From Candidatus Saccharimonadota bacterium (lineage in GTDB: Bacteria; Pseudomonadota; Gammaproteobacteria; Burkholderiales; Burkholderiaceae), in contig CP002161.1 of NCBI GenBank assembly GCA_000147015.1, positions 90,001-122,000 of the forward strand: 32,000 bases of DNA. The letters run 5' to 3'. Under the pieces are notes generated by a model, which worked only from the letters and a program-made list of their open reading frames with translations, did no database searches and had not been told where the DNA came from. The position numbers and the translations under genes were made by a program. Below, one piece after another: positions 23,043 to 31,409 of the stretch. How positions within the stretch are numbered: the first letter of the stretch is position 1; every line of letters starts with the position of its first letter.

Positions 23043-23801
23043 ATGAAAAAAATAAATATTTTATCTATATCATTAATTGATAATTTAAATTATTATAAAA
23101 ATAAATTTAATATTAAAATATCTTTTAATTTTAAAATAAATTATTTTACAGTAATAACTTCTATAATTTCACAAAATAATATAGGAATAAGAAAAATAAT
23201 ATTTATAAATTCAAAAATAATATTAGATCAAATTAATTCTATATTAGATGAAAAAAAAATAGATATTATAGAAATAAATTTTTTAGGAAATAATAATATA
23301 ATTAAATCAATATCTTCTATTTTAAAATATAGAATAAAAAATAAAATTATAATTTTAAATCCTATATTTTTTAATAATAAAGGTTATTATTTTTCAAATA
23401 AAAATATATTTAAGAAAATAAATAAATATTTATTTCCATTAGTAAAATTAATTACACCCAATTTATATGAAATTATAATATTAAGTAAAAAAATTAAATA
23501 TAATTCTTTTAAAAAAATAAAATTAATATTAAAAAAAATATATAAATTAAATTTTAATAAAATTTTATTTATAGGTAATTATATTAATAATAATAATAAT
23601 TTTGATATTTTATATAATAATAAAAAAAATATTATTTATAATTCACATAAAATTATAAATTCAAATAATAAAAACTATGAAAAATTATATTATATTTTAA
23701 TATCTTTATTAATACCTAAATTTAATATACCTATTAGTATATTTTTAACAAAAAAATATATAAATAATATTATAATTAAATATAATGAATTTATTAAATA
23801 A
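23043..23801 (+). CDS. ThiD/PdxK-family (ribokinase-fold) kinase homolog with eroded catalytic motifs
   Basis: 252 aa, collinear with E. coli ThiD as I recall it: MKKINILSI/MKRINALTI, FTVITSIISQNNIGIRKI/CSVITALVAQNTRGVQSV, LFPLVKLITPNLYE/LLPQVSLITPNLPE. However, GTDPSGGAGIQAD is replaced by LIDNLNYYKNKFN, and THGTGC by NNKNYEKL. Confidence 0.65.
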   Translation: MKKINILSISLIDNLNYYKNKFNIKISFNFKINYFTVITSIISQNNIGIRKIIFINSKIILDQINSILDEKKIDIIEINFLGNNNIIKSISSILKYRIKNKIIILNPIFFNNKGYYFSNKNIFKKINKYLFPLVKLITPNLYEIIILSKKIKYNSFKKIKLILKKIYKLNFNKILFIGNYINNNNNFDILYNNKKNIIYNSHKIINSNNKNYEKLYYILISLLIPKFNIPISIFLTKKYINNIIIKYNEFIK

Positions 23802-26574
23802 TTTTATAAATATTTTTAAAATTAATTTTCCTATGAAAGGAAATTTAATAAATAATCAAATATTTTTTATTAATAAATGAAAAAAAAAAAATATTTTTAA
23901 AATTATTAAAAAAAAATTTATAAAATTACCAAAATTTATATTACATGATGGTCCCCCATATGCTAATGGTAAAATACATATTGGACATGCATTAAATAAA
24001 ATTTTAAAAGATATAATTATAAAATTTAAAAATTTAAATTTTTTTTATGCGCCTTTTATTTTGGGATGGGATTGTCACGGAATACCAATAGAAATTGAAA
24101 TTAAAAAAAAATATGGTAAAATAAAAAATAAAATTAAAAGAGAAAAAATAATAAGAAAATATGTTAAAAAACAAATAAAAAATCAAAAAAAAGATTTTAT
24201 AAATTTAGGAATAATATGTAATACAAAATATTATAAAACTATGGATTATAATAATCAATCCAAAGAATTAGAAATTTTTGGTAAAATATTGAAAAATGGT
24301 TATATATATAATGATTTAAAACCAGTACCATGATGTTTTAAATGTAAATCATGTTTATCAGATTCAGAAATTAATTATAAAAATGTAAAATGTAAATCAT
24401 TATTTTTTGGATTTTTATTTTACAAAAATAAAGTTATTAAAAATATATTTAAAATAAAAAATTTAAATAAATATAATTTATATATAATTTCATATACTAC
24501 TAATCCTTGAACAATAATTTCAAATCAATATTTAAATATAAATACAAATTATTTATATTCAATAATAAAATATAAAATAAAAAATAAAATTTTATTTTTT
24601 ATTTTAGAAAATAATTTAATAAATAATTTTTTAAATAATAAAAAATATAAAATAATTTCTAAAGTTTTAGGTAAAGAATTAGAATATCAATTATATATAC
24701 ATCCATTTGCAAATATAAATAAATTTTATAATAGAAAATCTAAAATATTATTAAGTAATAAAGTAAATAATAAAATAGGAACTGGTATTGTTCATTTATC
24801 TCCTTCAAATGGTTATGATGATTATATAATATATAAAAAATATAATTTTAAAAATAAAAATATTTTTAAATTAATAAATAAAAAGGGATTTTTTAAAAAT
24901 AAAATTCCTATTTTTAAAAATATATTTTTTAAAAAAAGTAATAATATTATTTTTAATATATTAAAAAAAGAAAATATGTTTTTTTATATAAAAAATATTA
25001 AACATGAAAATATATTTTGTTGAAGACATAAAACTACTATTATATATTTTTTAACTTCTCAATGATTTATAAATATGAATAAAATTATAAAAAAAAAAAG
25101 TTTAAAACAATTAATTTTTAATAAATTAAAAAAAATAAATTTTATACAAAAAAAAAATAAAAAATATTTTAAAAAATTAATAAATAAAAGACCAGATTGA
25201 AATATTTCAAGACAAAGAAAATGAGGAGTTCCTATAACTTTATTTATAAATAAATATAATAAAATTCATAATAATACTTTTATTTTTTTAAAAATAATAA
25301 TAAAAAAAATAAAAAAATTTGGTATAAATATATGAAATAATATAAATTTAAAAAATAATAAATATAAAAAATGTAATGATATTTTAGATGTATGATTTGA
25401 TTCAGGCGTTACTCATTATACTATTTTAAAAAATTCATATAAAAATATATTAAAATTTCCTGCAGATTTATATTTAGAAGGTATAGATCAATTAAGAGGA
25501 TGGTTTCAATCTTCTTTAATAACTTCTATTGCTTATAATAATTCAATACCTTATAAAAATTTAATAACTCATGGTTTCGTTATAGATAAAAATAAAAAAA
25601 AAATGTCTAAATCAATTGGAAATACAATAACACCAAATAATATAATAAATAAATATGGTACAGAAATATTTAGATTATGAATTTCATCTATAGATTATAA
25701 TAATGAAATTTTATTTTCAAATAAAGTTTTTAAAAATATTATAGAATATTATAGAAAAATAAGAAATAACATTAGATTTATGTTATTAAATATAATAGAT
25801 TTTATACCTAATAAACATTATATTAAATTTAAAGATATGATTTATATAGATAAATATGAATTTATAAAATTATATATATTACAAAATAAAATAATAAAAT
25901 TATATGAAAAATATAAGTTTAATAATATAATATATATTATATTATTATATATTTCTGAAGAATTAAATAAATTTTATTTTGATATATTAAAAGATCGTTT
26001 ATATACTAATGAAATAAATTCTATAAATAGAAGATCAGCACAAACTTTAATTTGACAAATAACTTATACAATAATAATATTATTATCACCAATAATTTCT
26101 TTTACTTCTGAAGAATCATGAATATACTTTATTAATAAAAATATATATAAAATTAATAATAAAACTTTATTTACAATAAAATATAATAAAATAAAAAATA
26201 TAAAAAAAAAAAAAAAAATTTTATACATTTTTAATATTTTAAAAAAAATTAAAAACTCTTTAAATAAAAAAATTGAATTATTTAGAAAAAATAAAAAAAT
26301 AAAAACAAATTTACAATTAATAATTAATTTAAATTTAAATAAAAAAATATATAATATAATAAATATTATTAAAAAAGAATTAAATTTTTTTTTTGTAATT
26401 TCAAAATTAATTATAAATAAAAATAATAAAAATTTTTTTAAAATTTTTTTAATAAAAAAAAAAAAATGTTTAAGATGTTGAAATTACAATATTAATATTA
26501 ATAATATTAAAAAAATATGTAATATTTGTATAAAAAATTTATTTTATAAATCTATAAAAAGATTATATATATAA
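23785..26574 (+). CDS. ileS: Isoleucyl-tRNA synthetase
   Basis: ATG at 23785 is in frame with track ORFs 24061..24333 and 25780..26055. Motifs: [27 protein letters not shown] (HIGH), [16 protein letters not shown] (W is TGA at 24331-24333), KKMSKSIGN (KMSKS), and C-terminal Zn motif CLRCW...CNIC. TAA at 26572-26574 (929 aa). Overlaps the thiD-like gene by 17 nt. Confidence 0.93.
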
Positions 26575-26579
26575 ACATA

Positions 26580-26677
26580 TGGAGATAGAGGGATTTGAAC
26601 CCTCGATATATTTTAATTAATATTAATTATATTCTTCCTTAGCAGGGAAGTGCCTTAAACCTCTCGGCCATATCTCC
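26580..26677 (-). tRNA. tRNA-Ser (anticodon GCU) with an unusually long variable arm
   Basis: Reverse complement: ggagata tg gccgagaggtttaaggc a cttcc ctgctaa ggaag + a 29-nt all-A/T variable region (apart from the final c) + gaggg ttcaaat ccctc tatctcc a. Total 98 nt. Confidence 0.8.
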
Positions 26678-26753
26678 TTTATAATAAATTATTTACTATA
26701 TTATATATTTTTATTAAAATTTTAATTTGTAATTTTATATATAAAGGAAATTT

Positions 26754-27518
26754 TATTTTTTTATTTATAATATTTTTTATAATTTTTATATTATTTTTAA
26801 AATTAAATTTTTTTTTTTTATATTTATTATTATTTATTATTTTTTTATTTTTTATAAATATACATTTTTTATTATTTATTCAAATAATTTTATTATAATT
26901 TTTATTATTTATAAAAAATTGACCTTTATTTGATTTAAATAAAATTATATTATTATTATTATAATTTTTAAATATTTTTTTTATTATAAAATAATATTTT
27001 TTATGAGTATAATTAATTATTTTTATATTAATTTTATTACTAAAATTAATAATTTTTATTATAAAATGCATAAAATTTCTTAATTTTATATATTTATAAA
27101 AATTTAATAGTTTTTCTATAATTTTATATTTTTTTATAAAAAATATTTTAAATAAAATATTTTTTTTTAAAAAAAAATTTAAAATTTTTAAAGTAAAATT
27201 TTTTTTATTTATAGTAAAAAAAATTATAGGTATTTTTTTTTTTATTAAAAAAAATAATAATAATGCAGAAAAATTTAAAATATTTTTTTTATTATTAATA
27301 TTTAAAATATAAAAAGGTATTTTTTTTTTAAATATTATTTTTTTTTTATAAATATTTTTATCTAAAAAATTTTTAAAACATAATATTTCTTTTAAATTTT
27401 CTCCTTTATTTCTTAAATATATTAAAAATAAAATTAATTTTAAATTATTAATTTTTTTTTTAAATATATATGATAAAATTTTATTATAATTTAATATTCT
27501 ATTTTTAATATTAAACAT
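26754..27518 (-). CDS. Anthranilate phosphoribosyltransferase (TrpD / glycosyltransferase family 3) homolog, motif-eroded and C-terminally short
   Basis: Track ORF 26880..27518 ends at a TGA; read-through reaches TAA at 26754-26756 (254 aa). It is collinear with TrpD: LILFLIYLRNKGENLKEILCF vs qiaAfL.alr.KGEt.eEiag, NFSALLLFFL vs NiSTaaafvaA, LRNFMHFIIKIINFSN vs vRTiFNlLGPLtNPa, IILFKSNKG vs vlvvhG.dG. The GTGGD, KHGN and SGSAD motifs are absent. Confidence 0.55.
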
Positions 27519-27529
27519 TACAAAAATAA

Positions 27530-27603
27530 TAGCGGAAATAGGATTTGAACCTATGACCTTCGGGTTATGAGCCCGATGAGCTGCCAGGCTGCTCTATTCC
27601 GCA
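27530..27603 (-). tRNA. Initiator tRNA-fMet (anticodon CAU)
   Basis: The reverse complement is nearly collinear with E. coli tRNA-fMet: ...agagcagcctggcagctcatcgggctcataacccgaaggtc.... It has three consecutive G:C pairs closing the anticodon stem (ggg/ccc) and an unpaired 1:72 position (U-U). Confidence 0.88.
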
Positions 27604-27609
27604 TGTAAA

Positions 27610-28947
27610 TTAAATATTTTCATATCTCATATATTTACCAATAAATTTTAATTTAATAGTACCTATTGGACCGTTTCTATGTTTTCCTATAATAATTTCA
27701 GTAATATTTGAATTAAATTTACAATTATAAACACTTTCTCTATATAAAAATAAAATTAAATCAGCATCTTGTTCTATAGAACCAGATTCTTTTAAATCTG
27801 ACATTATTGGTCTTTTATTAGCTCTTGTTTCTAAAGCTCTATTTAATTGTGATAAAATTACAACAGAACAATTAAATTCTTTTGCTAAATCTTTCAAATT
27901 TTTAGAAATATCAGAAATTTCTAAAGCTCTATTCTCATAATAATTATTACTACCTGACATTAATTGTATATAATCTATTATTATTACATCAAAATTAATA
28001 TTTTTGATTTTAAATTTTTTACATATATTTCTTATATCATTATATTTTAAATTAGATTTATCATTAATATAAAAATTACAATTTTTAATTTTTTTTTTTA
28101 TATTATTTAATTTAAATAATTCTTCATTATTTAAATTTTTATTTCTTATTTTATTATATTTTATTTCTAACAATGAAGATAAAATTCTCATTATAACTTG
28201 TTCGCTAGACATTTCCATTGAAAAAAAAATTACTGACATTTTACTATTCATTATTATATTTTGTGCTATATTTATACAAAATGCAGTTTTGCCCATTGAA
28301 GGTCTAGCTGCTATAACAGTTAATTCGCCTCTTTGTAAACCTAAAATTATTCTATCTAATTTATAATAACCAGTAGATATTCCACTTATTTTATTTTTTT
28401 TATTATTTTTTATTAAATTTTTTGAAACTTTTTTTAATAGAAAATCTATTTTATAAAATTCATCTTTTCTTTTTACATTTTTATTTATTATTTTAATGAT
28501 TTTATTTTCAATATATGTTAATATTTCTGTTACTTTTTTACCTTTAGGAAAAAATATATTTTTATAAATTTTATTAGAAAAATTAGATAATTTTCTTAAA
28601 ATTTTAAAATTATGTATTATTTTAGCATAATCATATATGTTATTTACAGAAGGAGTATTATCTACTAATAACATTAAATATTTTATACCCCCATAATCTT
28701 TTTCGATAATAGTATTATTTTTTATTTCATTATTAATAGTTATTACATCAGCTAATTTATTTTTTATAATTAATTTTTTTATATATTTAAAAATTATTTT
28801 ATGATTATATAAAAAAAAAGAATTTTTATTTATAAAATTACATATTTCATATAATTTTGAATTATCTATTAATAATATACCTAATAATGATTGTTCTGCT
28901 TCTAAAGAATAAGTAACTTTATTATTTTCAATATTAATTTCTTTCAT
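27610..28947 (-). CDS. dnaB: Replicative DNA helicase DnaB
   Basis: 445-aa ORF with LEAEQSLLGILL, GISTGYYKLD, ARPSMGKTAFCINIA (Walker A), IIIDYIQLM, LSQLNR and QDADLILFLYR. Confidence 0.95.
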   Translation of the reverse strand: MKEINIENNKVTYSLEAEQSLLGILLIDNSKLYEICNFINKNSFFLYNHKIIFKYIKKLIIKNKLADVITINNEIKNNTIIEKDYGGIKYLMLLVDNTPSVNNIYDYAKIIHNFKILRKLSNFSNKIYKNIFFPKGKKVTEILTYIENKIIKIINKNVKRKDEFYKIDFLLKKVSKNLIKNNKKNKISGISTGYYKLDRIILGLQRGELTVIAARPSMGKTAFCINIAQNIIMNSKMSVIFFSMEMSSEQVIMRILSSLLEIKYNKIRNKNLNNEELFKLNNIKKKIKNCNFYINDKSNLKYNDIRNICKKFKIKNINFDVIIIDYIQLMSGSNNYYENRALEISDISKNLKDLAKEFNCSVVILSQLNRALETRANKRPIMSDLKESGSIEQDADLILFLYRESVYNCKFNSNITEIIIGKHRNGPIGTIKLKFIGKYMRYENI

Positions 28948-28954
28948 AAACTAT

Positions 28955-29773
28955 TTAATATTTTATATATGGAATTAATGCTAAAAATCTTGCTATTTTA
29001 ATTGCTTTTTTTATTTTTTTTTGATATTTTTTTTTTATTTTTATTAAAAAAGATGATTTTATTCTTCCATCTTTATGTAAAAAATATTTTCTTATTAAAA
29101 ATATATTTTTATAATTTATAAAATTTTTTTTTACTCTTTTATTTATTAAAAAAAGAAATTTTTTTTTAAAAAAAAATTTCTTTTTTTTAAAATTTAAATT
29201 AGAATTTATATTTGTTATTGTAATTGTATTTGGATTTATTTTTTTTTTTATTATTATTTTTTTATCTAATTTATTATTTTTATTTATATTTTCAAATATA
29301 TTCTTAAATATATTTTTATTTTTATCTTTAAAATTAATTTTTATTTTTTTTATTATTTTAATATTTGAATTTATAATATTATTTAAATTTATATTTTTGT
29401 TTTCATTTTTATTTTCAAATTTACTTATAAATCTATTTACATTTCTATTTAAAATTTTATTTAAATTTTTTGTTATTATTTTAATTATTAAAATATTTAA
29501 ATTAAAATTTTTTAAATTTAATAATATTTTATTTCTAAAATTTATTTTTTTTAATAATTTTTTTATATTTTTTTTTTTATTTTTATTAATATTTATTTTT
29601 TTAATAAATTTTTTATTTAAAATTATATTTGAAATTCTATTAGAAATTACATTAAAAATTTTTATAAATTTTTTATTTAAATTTTTATAACTATTATAAT
29701 TTTTTTTATTTATAAATAAATTTTTATTATAAAATTTAATATTATTTTTATTATTTTTCTTAAAATTTATCAT
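28955..29773 (-). CDS. rpsR: 30S ribosomal protein S18 carried at the C-terminus of a 272-aa ORF with a long Asn/Lys-rich N-terminal extension
   Basis: The last ~75 aa (FKKKKFFFKKKFLFLINKRVKKNFINYKNIFLIRKYFLHKDGRIKSSFLIKIKKKYQKKIKKAIKIARFLALIPYIKY) align along the whole of E. coli S18. There is no ATG near the S18 homology start; the only ATG is at 29773, about 195 codons upstream in an uninterrupted frame. Confidence 0.75.
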   Translation of the reverse strand: MINFKKNNKNNIKFYNKNLFINKKNYNSYKNLNKKFIKIFNVISNRISNIILNKKFIKKININKNKKKNIKKLLKKINFRNKILLNLKNFNLNILIIKIITKNLNKILNRNVNRFISKFENKNENKNINLNNIINSNIKIIKKIKINFKDKNKNIFKNIFENINKNNKLDKKIIIKKKINPNTITITNINSNLNFKKKKFFFKKKFLFLINKRVKKNFINYKNIFLIRKYFLHKDGRIKSSFLIKIKKKYQKKIKKAIKIARFLALIPYIKY

Positions 29774-29830
29774 ATTATTTTTTTAAAATTATATATCTAA
29801 TTATTTTATTATTATATTTAATATTTTCAT

Positions 29831-30055
29831 TTATATGTTTAAAAATTCAGGATTTAATAAAATATAAAAGCATAAATAATAGGCATTTTTTTTTTTTTTT
29901 ATTTTATAAGATAATATTTTATAACCTAATTTTTTTACATATAAAATTTTTCCTCCTATATTATATAAATAATTTATATAATAAAGAATAATTTTTTTTA
30001 TTTTTTTATTATCTTTATATTTAGATAATAAAATTATTTCATATTTTTTTTTCAT
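29831..30055 (-). CDS. rpsF: 30S ribosomal protein S6 (short, 74 aa)
   Basis: MKKKYEIILL...GGKILYVKKLGYKILSYKIKKKKNAYYLCFYILLNPEFL matches S6 (YEivfm...G.i...e.wG.R.LAY.I.k...a.Yvl.n.ea....). It ends at a true TAA (29831-29833) before the usual C-terminal segment. Confidence 0.82.
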   Translation of the reverse strand: MKKKYEIILLSKYKDNKKIKKIILYYINYLYNIGGKILYVKKLGYKILSYKIKKKKNAYYLCFYILLNPEFLNI

Positions 30056-30074
30056 ATTTTATAATTAAATAAAA

Positions 30075-30731
30075 TTAAAATAAATAAATAATTGATCATT
30101 TTTTTTTAATAGCATATTTTCTAAACTTTTTATTAGGATTTGTTATAATTGGATTAGTTACTATAGATAAAAGTGGAATATCATTTTTTGAATCACTATA
30201 AAAATAACTTTTTTTAAAATTTAAAAAATTTTTATTTTTTAAAAATAAAAATTTTTTAATATTAATAATTTTAAAAAAACTATAAGTAGGATAATTTATT
30301 AATTTATTAATTATTTTTTTATTATTAATTTTGGGCTTAGCTGCTATTAAAAATAAATTTAATACTTTAGAAATAGGTTTTGTTATAAAGTAATTAGTAG
30401 CTGTTATTATTAGTATTAAATCTCCATTATTTTTATGATTATTAATTAATTTAATTATTGATTTATTAATATTTATTTTAATAATATTATTAATAAATTT
30501 ATTTCTTATATTTTTTATAAAATTAATATCAAATTTTGATAATATTTTAAAAACAAATTTTAAATATTTATAACAATCTAAATTTCCTTTTAAATATTTT
30601 TTATATCAATTTTTATTTTTTTTAATATTTTTTTTATTTATAAGTTTTTTTTTTTTTAAAAAAATATTTCATTCATAGTCAGAATCTAATGGTATTAAAG
30701 TATTATCTAAATCAAAAATTACTATATTCAT
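30075..30731 (-). CDS. HAD superfamily, subfamily IB phosphatase (SerB-like fold)
   Basis: Absent from the ORF track because it is split by 3 TGA codons. Full hand translation from ATG 30731 to TAA 30075-30077 is open (218 aa). Motifs: MNIVIFDLDNTLIPLDSD (motif I), LILIITATNYF (motif II) and YFYSDSKNDIPLLS (motif IV). Confidence 0.78.
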
Positions 30732-30738
30732 TTAAAAA

Positions 30739-31404
30739 TTAAATAAATTTAAATAATTTTAACATAAAACGAGCTGCTATTTGTTCGGCTACCTTTATTT
30801 TTTCAGCCATTCCATAAGTTATAATATTTTTTTCTACAAATATACACTTTATTTTAAATATTTGAAAATTTTTTAATTTATAAATTTTATAAATTTCATA
30901 TTTTGGTAAAAAATATTTCATTTTTTGTAAATTTTCTTGCAATAAAGTTTTAAAATCTTTTATATTATATTTTATATTAAAATTATTTATATCAAATTTA
31001 TATAACTTATAAATAATATTATTTATAGTATTAAAATCAGAATCAATATAAATAGCACCAAATAAAGCTTCTAAAGTACTAGATAAAATTGAAATTTTTA
31101 AATTACCACTATTTTTTATTTCACTATTTCCTAAAAATAAAAAATTATATAAATTTATTTTTTTTGATATATTATAAAGTTTTTCTCTTCTTACTAAATA
31201 AGATCTAAATTTAGATAAAAATCCTTCACTTTCATTTTTAAATTTATTAAATAATATACTTGTAATACAAGTATTTAATATTGAATCTCCTAAAAATTCA
31301 AGTTTTTCATTATTAATATTACTATAACTACTATGTGTTAAGGCTAAAAATAATAATGATTTATTATTAAAATTATATCTTAATATTTTTTCTAATTTAA
31401 ACAT
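30739..31404 (-). CDS. rnc: Ribonuclease III
   Basis: 221-aa ORF with LALTHSSY and NEKLEFLGDSILN (RNase III signature), LEALFGAIYID, and a C-terminal dsRBD-like segment. Confidence 0.92.
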   Translation of the reverse strand: MFKLEKILRYNFNNKSLLFLALTHSSYSNINNEKLEFLGDSILNTCITSILFNKFKNESEGFLSKFRSYLVRREKLYNISKKINLYNFLFLGNSEIKNSGNLKISILSSTLEALFGAIYIDSDFNTINNIIYKLYKFDINNFNIKYNIKDFKTLLQENLQKMKYFLPKYEIYKIYKLKNFQIFKIKCIFVEKNIITYGMAEKIKVAEQIAARFMLKLFKFI

Positions 31405-31409
31405 TTTAA

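Noticed and set aside
29397-29690. Plus-strand 97-aa Phe/Leu-rich ORF
   Set aside because: It is the antisense of the Lys/Asn-rich extension of the S18 ORF (AAA/AAT mirrored to TTT/ATT). There is no independent support.
29774-29833. Read-through or frameshift fusion of rpsF with the downstream S18 ORF (both are in the same frame)
   Set aside because: Four in-frame TAA codons lie between them, so a simple read-through fusion is not supported.
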